DNA of 64,000 nucleotides. Origin: an uncultured Chloroflexia bacterium (lineage in GTDB: Bacteria; Chloroflexota; Dehalococcoidia; DSTF01; JALHUB01). Of the stretch, positions 60,264 through 64,000 are shown piece by piece (within the stretch, counting starts at the first letter, position 1; each line of letters begins with the position of its first letter). The stretch covers positions 64,995 through 128,994 of the forward strand of contig CAWJHZ010000019.1 in NCBI GenBank assembly GCA_963842845.1, in the 5' to 3' direction. A program made the position numbers and the translations under genes. The notes under the pieces were generated by a model. The model did not search any database, was not told where the DNA came from, and worked only from the letters and a program-made list of their open reading frames with translations.

Positions 60264-60300
60264 GAGAGAGGCGGGAGTTGTCCCGCCTCTCTTTTCTTCT
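60264..60300 (+). terminator. intrinsic terminator after the DUF11 gene
   Basis: GAGAGAGGCGGGA-gttg-TCCCGCCTCTC followed by TTTTCTTCT. Confidence 0.7.
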
Positions 60301-60310
60301 CTCCGACGGA

Positions 60311-60338
60311 CAAAAGTAGAGGAGGGCTTTACCCCTCC
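60311..60338 (-). terminator. intrinsic terminator after the acyl-CoA ligase gene (minus strand)
   Basis: On the minus strand GGAGGGG-taaa-GCCCTCC is followed by TCTACTTTTG. Confidence 0.5.
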
Positions 60339-60401
60339 ACATCACGCCTGGCCCGCGCACACTCGGTGTGGACGGGATCGCGCCCGGCACAGGTGCCGCC
60401 T

Positions 60402-61955
60402 CTACTTGGCCAGCCGCTCTTTCTCCCGCTGGATCAGGTCGCGGCGCAGTATCTTGCCCGATAGCGTCTTCGGGATAGTCTCCATGAACTCCACTTCCCG
60501 GATCTTCTTGTACGGCGCCACTTTCCCGGCGATGAACGTCATCAGCTCTTCAGCGCTCGCCTGCATCTCCGGCCTCAGCACCACACAGGCCTTCGGTATC
60601 TCGCCGCCCGCCTCGTCCGGCTTCGGTATGACCGCCGCGTCGAGAACGGCGGGATGCTGGTGCAACAGCGCCTCCAGCTCCGCCGGCGCAACCTGGTAGC
60701 CCTTGTACTTGATCATCTCTTTCTTCCGCTCGATGAGGTACAGATAGCCGTCTTCATCGAAGCGGCCGATATCGCCGGTACGTAGCCAGCCGTCGGAGGT
60801 GAGGCAGTCCGCCGTCTCCTTCGGGTTGTTCCAGTAGCCCTTCATGACCTGCGGGCCCTTCACCATAAGCTCGCCCACTTCGCCTACGGGCAGCTCGTCG
60901 CCCGTGTCCAGGCTGACGATCTTCTCCAGCGTGTCGGGCGAAGGCGGGCCCACCGATTCGAGCTTGATGCGCTCGAAGGGGTTCGTGTTGATCGTCGGGC
61001 TCGTCTCCGTCATGCCGTATCCCTGCGACACGATGCACTTGAACAGCGTCTTCGCCCGCTCGCCTATCTCCAGCGGCAGCGGCGCCGCGCCCGAGCTGAT
61101 AACCTGCAGCGACGACGTGTCGTAGCGCTCGGGATGGGCGTTCACCATCGCCAGGATGGCCGGCGGCGCCAGGTAGAGGTCGGTTATTCGGTGCTGCTGG
61201 ATGAGCTGGAGCATTTGCTCAACGTCGAAGCGCGCCATGACCACGCCGGTGCCGCCGCGGGCCAGGGAGGCGCTCATCAGCACCGTCATGCCGTAGATGT
61301 GGAAGAGCGGCAGCGTCCAGAGGCCCACCATGTCCGAGTTGAAGAAGCGAGTGCCCAGCCCCTGGGTAACGTTCGCGTAGATGTTGAAGTGGGTGAGCAT
61401 CACGCCCTTGGGCAGACCGGTGGTGCCGCTGGAGTAAGGAAGGGCGGCGATGTCCTCGTGAACGTTGATCGCGACCTGCCGGAAATCCTCCGGGACGCCT
61501 TCCAGAACCGACGGCAGGTCGTCGATTGGGAAGACCTTGCGCAGCAACGGCAGGCTTTTGCGCGCCTCCTCGACGGCGGCGGCCATCGGCGTGAACGCGA
61601 AGAGGACAACCGCCTGCGCGTCGCCGAGCTGGGTCGCAATCTCGTGCGCCGTGTACAGCGGATTGAGCGTCGTCACCGTGGCGCCGGCGAGCAGCGAGCC
61701 GTAGAAGACGGCCGGGTACTCGATGTGGTTGGGCGAGAAGATGCCGACCTTGTCGCCCTTCTGTACGCCGTTGTCCTGGAGGAGACGCGCCACTTTGCGG
61801 GCGTCGCTGAGGACGCGGGCGTAGGTGCGCGTTGAGCCGTCGGCGCTGACCAGGGCGATCTTCTCGCCGAAGGTAGCCGCGGAGTTTAGGAGAATGTCCG
61901 GCAGCGGCTGTTCCGGGTATGGCGCCTGGCTGGGCCAGTAGCTGGAGACGATCAT
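60402..61955 (-). CDS. AMP-dependent synthetase/ligase (long-chain acyl-CoA / 4-coumarate-CoA ligase-like)
   Basis: The start is placed at MIVSSYWPSQAPY (ATG 61955) by analogy with the paralog. The AMP-binding motif is LPYSSGTTGLPKGVMLTH, with GYGMTET, GELMVKGPQVMKGYW, TGD and the C-terminal IPKTLSGKILRR. Confidence 0.88.
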   Translation of the reverse strand: MIVSSYWPSQAPYPEQPLPDILLNSAATFGEKIALVSADGSTRTYARVLSDARKVARLLQDNGVQKGDKVGIFSPNHIEYPAVFYGSLLAGATVTTLNPLYTAHEIATQLGDAQAVVLFAFTPMAAAVEEARKSLPLLRKVFPIDDLPSVLEGVPEDFRQVAINVHEDIAALPYSSGTTGLPKGVMLTHFNIYANVTQGLGTRFFNSDMVGLWTLPLFHIYGMTVLMSASLARGGTGVVMARFDVEQMLQLIQQHRITDLYLAPPAILAMVNAHPERYDTSSLQVISSGAAPLPLEIGERAKTLFKCIVSQGYGMTETSPTINTNPFERIKLESVGPPSPDTLEKIVSLDTGDELPVGEVGELMVKGPQVMKGYWNNPKETADCLTSDGWLRTGDIGRFDEDGYLYLIERKKEMIKYKGYQVAPAELEALLHQHPAVLDAAVIPKPDEAGGEIPKACVVLRPEMQASAEELMTFIAGKVAPYKKIREVEFMETIPKTLSGKILRRDLIQREKERLAK

Positions 61956-62028
61956 GCCATCACCTGCCTCCACTCATCGAGACGAACCCGGGGCACGGCT
62001 GCCCGCCCGTCTTTTGGGGGCGCGGCCT

Positions 62029-63585
62029 CTATTTGGCCAGGCGCTCTTTCTCCCGCTGGATCAGGTCGCGGCGCAGTATCTTGCCCGAGAGCGTCTTCGG
62101 GATGGCGTCCATGAACTCCACTTCCCGGATCTTCTTATACGGCGCCACTTTCCCGGCGATGAACGCCATCAGCTCCTCGGCGCTCGCCTGCTTCTCCGGC
62201 CTCAGCACCACGCAGGCCTTCGGTATCTCGCCGCCCGCCTCGTCCGGCTTCGGTATGACCGCCGCGTCGAGAACGGCAGGATGCTCGTAGAGGAGAGCCT
62301 CCAGCTCCGCCGGCGCCACCTGGTAGCCCTTGTACTTGATCATCTCTTTCTTCCGCTCGATGAGGTACAGGTAGCCGTCCTCGTCGAAGCGGGCGATGTC
62401 GCCGGTGTGCAGCCAGCCGTCTGGGGTAAGACAGTCCGCGGTCTCCTTCGGGTTGTTCCAGTAGCCCTTCATGACCTGCGGACCCTTCACCATCAGCTCG
62501 CCGACGCCGCCGGTGGGCAGCTCTTCGCCGCTGTCCAGGCTGACGATCTTCTCCAGCGTGTCCGGGAAGGGCGGGCCGACCGATTCGATCTTTATCTTGT
62601 TGAAGGGCTGAGTGTTCACCGTGGGGCTCGTCTCTGTCATTCCATACCCTTGCGTGACGATGCACTTGAACATCGCCTTCGCCCGCTCGGCCAGCTCCAG
62701 CGCCAGCGGCGCCGCGCCTGAGCTGATGAGCCGCAGCGACGACGCGTCGTGGCGGGAAGGATCCGGCAGGTTGACCATCGCCAGTATGGCCGGCGGGGCA
62801 AGATAGAGATCGGTGATCCGGTACCTCTCGATGAGCTGCATCATCTGCTCGACGTCGAAGCGCAACATAACGACGCCCGTGTTTGCCGTTGCGATGCCAC
62901 TGCTCATGAGCACGGTCATCCCATAGATGTGAAACAAAGGGAGTAACCAGAGGCCTACCATGTCCGAGGGTATCTCCCTCGTCGCGTGCCCTTGCTTGAC
63001 ATCGCAGGTGATATTGTAGTGTGTGAGCATCACGCCCTTCGGGAGACCGGTTGTGCCGCTGGAGTAGGGAAGGGCGGCGATGTCCTCGCGCGGGTTGATG
63101 GTAACCGGACGGTACTCTTCGGACACGCCTTCCAGGACGGCGGGCAGCGCATCGATAGTGAAGATGTTGCGCACGAGAGGCAAGTTCTTGCGAGCCTCTT
63201 CGGCAGCGGGCCTCATGAAGGAGAAGGCGAACAGGATCACCGCTTTGGCGTCCACGAGCTGGTGCTCAATCTCATTCGGCGTATACAACGGGTTGAGCGT
63301 CGTGACGGTTGCCCCGGCAAGGAGCGAGCCGAAGAATACGGCGGGAAAATCGATATGGTTGGGTGAGAAGATGCCGACGGTCTCGCCTTTGACGACGCCG
63401 TTATCCTGCAGGAGATGCGCCACCTTACGGGCGTCGCTCCAGATGCGCTCGTAGGTGCGGGTACTGCCATCCGCCCCTATCACGCCCGTTTTGCCGCCCT
63501 GTGTGGTCGCCGTTCGCCTGAGCAACTCGTAGACCGGTATCTCTTCATAGGGCGCCTGACTGGGCCAGTAGCTGCTGACAACCAT
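62029..63585 (-). CDS. AMP-dependent synthetase/ligase, tandem paralog
   Basis: 518-aa ORF colinear with the downstream paralog and carrying the same AMP-binding motifs. Confidence 0.9.
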   Translation of the reverse strand: MVVSSYWPSQAPYEEIPVYELLRRTATTQGGKTGVIGADGSTRTYERIWSDARKVAHLLQDNGVVKGETVGIFSPNHIDFPAVFFGSLLAGATVTTLNPLYTPNEIEHQLVDAKAVILFAFSFMRPAAEEARKNLPLVRNIFTIDALPAVLEGVSEEYRPVTINPREDIAALPYSSGTTGLPKGVMLTHYNITCDVKQGHATREIPSDMVGLWLLPLFHIYGMTVLMSSGIATANTGVVMLRFDVEQMMQLIERYRITDLYLAPPAILAMVNLPDPSRHDASSLRLISSGAAPLALELAERAKAMFKCIVTQGYGMTETSPTVNTQPFNKIKIESVGPPFPDTLEKIVSLDSGEELPTGGVGELMVKGPQVMKGYWNNPKETADCLTPDGWLHTGDIARFDEDGYLYLIERKKEMIKYKGYQVAPAELEALLYEHPAVLDAAVIPKPDEAGGEIPKACVVLRPEKQASAEELMAFIAGKVAPYKKIREVEFMDAIPKTLSGKILRRDLIQREKERLAK

Positions 63586-63698
63586 GATAACCTTCCCTCC
63601 GCAATTCGGTCCGACAAAGTCAGATGGAAGAATTGGAATTCGTCATCAGAATGCCAGTCAAGGCGGAATCGGTCAAGTCCCGTGTCGGATTGCGGGTG

Positions 63699-64000
63699 CT
63701 ACGCTGAAGGTGGCACTGACGCCGACGAGGCGCCCGCTAGCGGCAAGGTGACGCTGAACTCCGTCCCCTCGCGCCGCGAGCTCTGCGCCGACAACGTTCC
63801 GCCGTGCCCGTGCACCACCTCAGAGGCGATCGCCAGGCCGAGGCCGGTGTGCCCCTCGTCGTTCGTCGACTTGTTGACCTGGTAGAAGCGTTCGCAGACG
63901 TGGGGCAGGTGCTCCGGCGGTATGAAGGAGCCGGTGTTGTGGATGCCGACACGCACGTTGCCGTTGCTGGCCTGCGCGGCGACGGTTATGGTGCCCTCTC
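63699..64000 (-). CDS. sensor histidine kinase, C-terminal HATPase_c fragment (5-prime end outside window)
   Basis: VGIHNTGSFIPPEHLPHVCERFYQVNKSTNDEGHTGLGLAIASEVVHGHGGTL...GTEFSVTLP shows the N, G1 and G2 boxes of HATPase_c. The ORF is open to the window edge. Confidence 0.8.
   Translation of the reverse strand, partial: EGTITVAAQASNGNVRVGIHNTGSFIPPEHLPHVCERFYQVNKSTNDEGHTGLGLAIASEVVHGHGGTLSAQSSRREGTEFSVTLPLAGASSASVPPSA

Overview
High-G+C (roughly 65-70% by eye) bacterial chromosomal window, densely coding and mostly housekeeping. The lineage cannot be fixed from this window alone. Gene order from left to right: hemL; a c-di-AMP (ydaO-type) riboswitch with terminator in front of a GT20 trehalose-phosphate-synthase-like gene; pyrG, tal and rho; a LysM/M23 peptidase; hrcA-grpE-orf-dnaK; SDR, hydrolase and methyltransferase genes; two short CaiB-like CoA-transferase genes (one frameshifted); etfD-like-etfB-etfA; alr; a TPR-lytic transglycosylase; rpmH-rnpA-yidD-(parS)-PQQ lipoprotein-yidC-jag; a PfkB kinase; parA-parB; DinB; a speD-like/deoxyhypusine-synthase-like/agmatinase operon; a PP2C-like/NHL membrane protein; tsaD; DUF2851; CIRCE-groES-groEL; an M16 peptidase; two tandem GAF-GGDEF cyclases; an MBL hydrolase; lysA-holB-ricT-glyA; a DUF11 surface protein; two tandem acyl-CoA ligase paralogs; and a partial histidine kinase. 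The one clearly accessory segment is about 41.1-46.3 kb, where G+C is lower. It holds an XRE-HTH ORF and a HicB-like ORF that are in frame and separated by a single TAG, and a DUF5343-like gene. It also holds a structurally perfect class-I tRNA carrying the serine anticodon GCU together with arginine-type identity features. The rest of the segment is an intact IS5/IS1182-like transposase and an inverted transposase remnant bracketing a three-gene cassette. That cassette is a Dcd-fold protein with the catalytic Glu apparently replaced by Ser and a C-terminal extension, translationally coupled to a RelE/ParE-like toxin, followed by a RelA/SpoT-domain (toxSAS-like) protein preceded by a 38-nt palindrome. 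Half of that palindrome recurs at the HTH/HicB junction. I regard this cassette and the odd tRNA as the most interesting candidates. No CRISPR array or rRNA was seen. Many long antisense or alternate-frame ORFs in the track are GC-driven shadow ORFs. All homology calls come from reading the translations and comparing them with remembered family motifs; no search was run.
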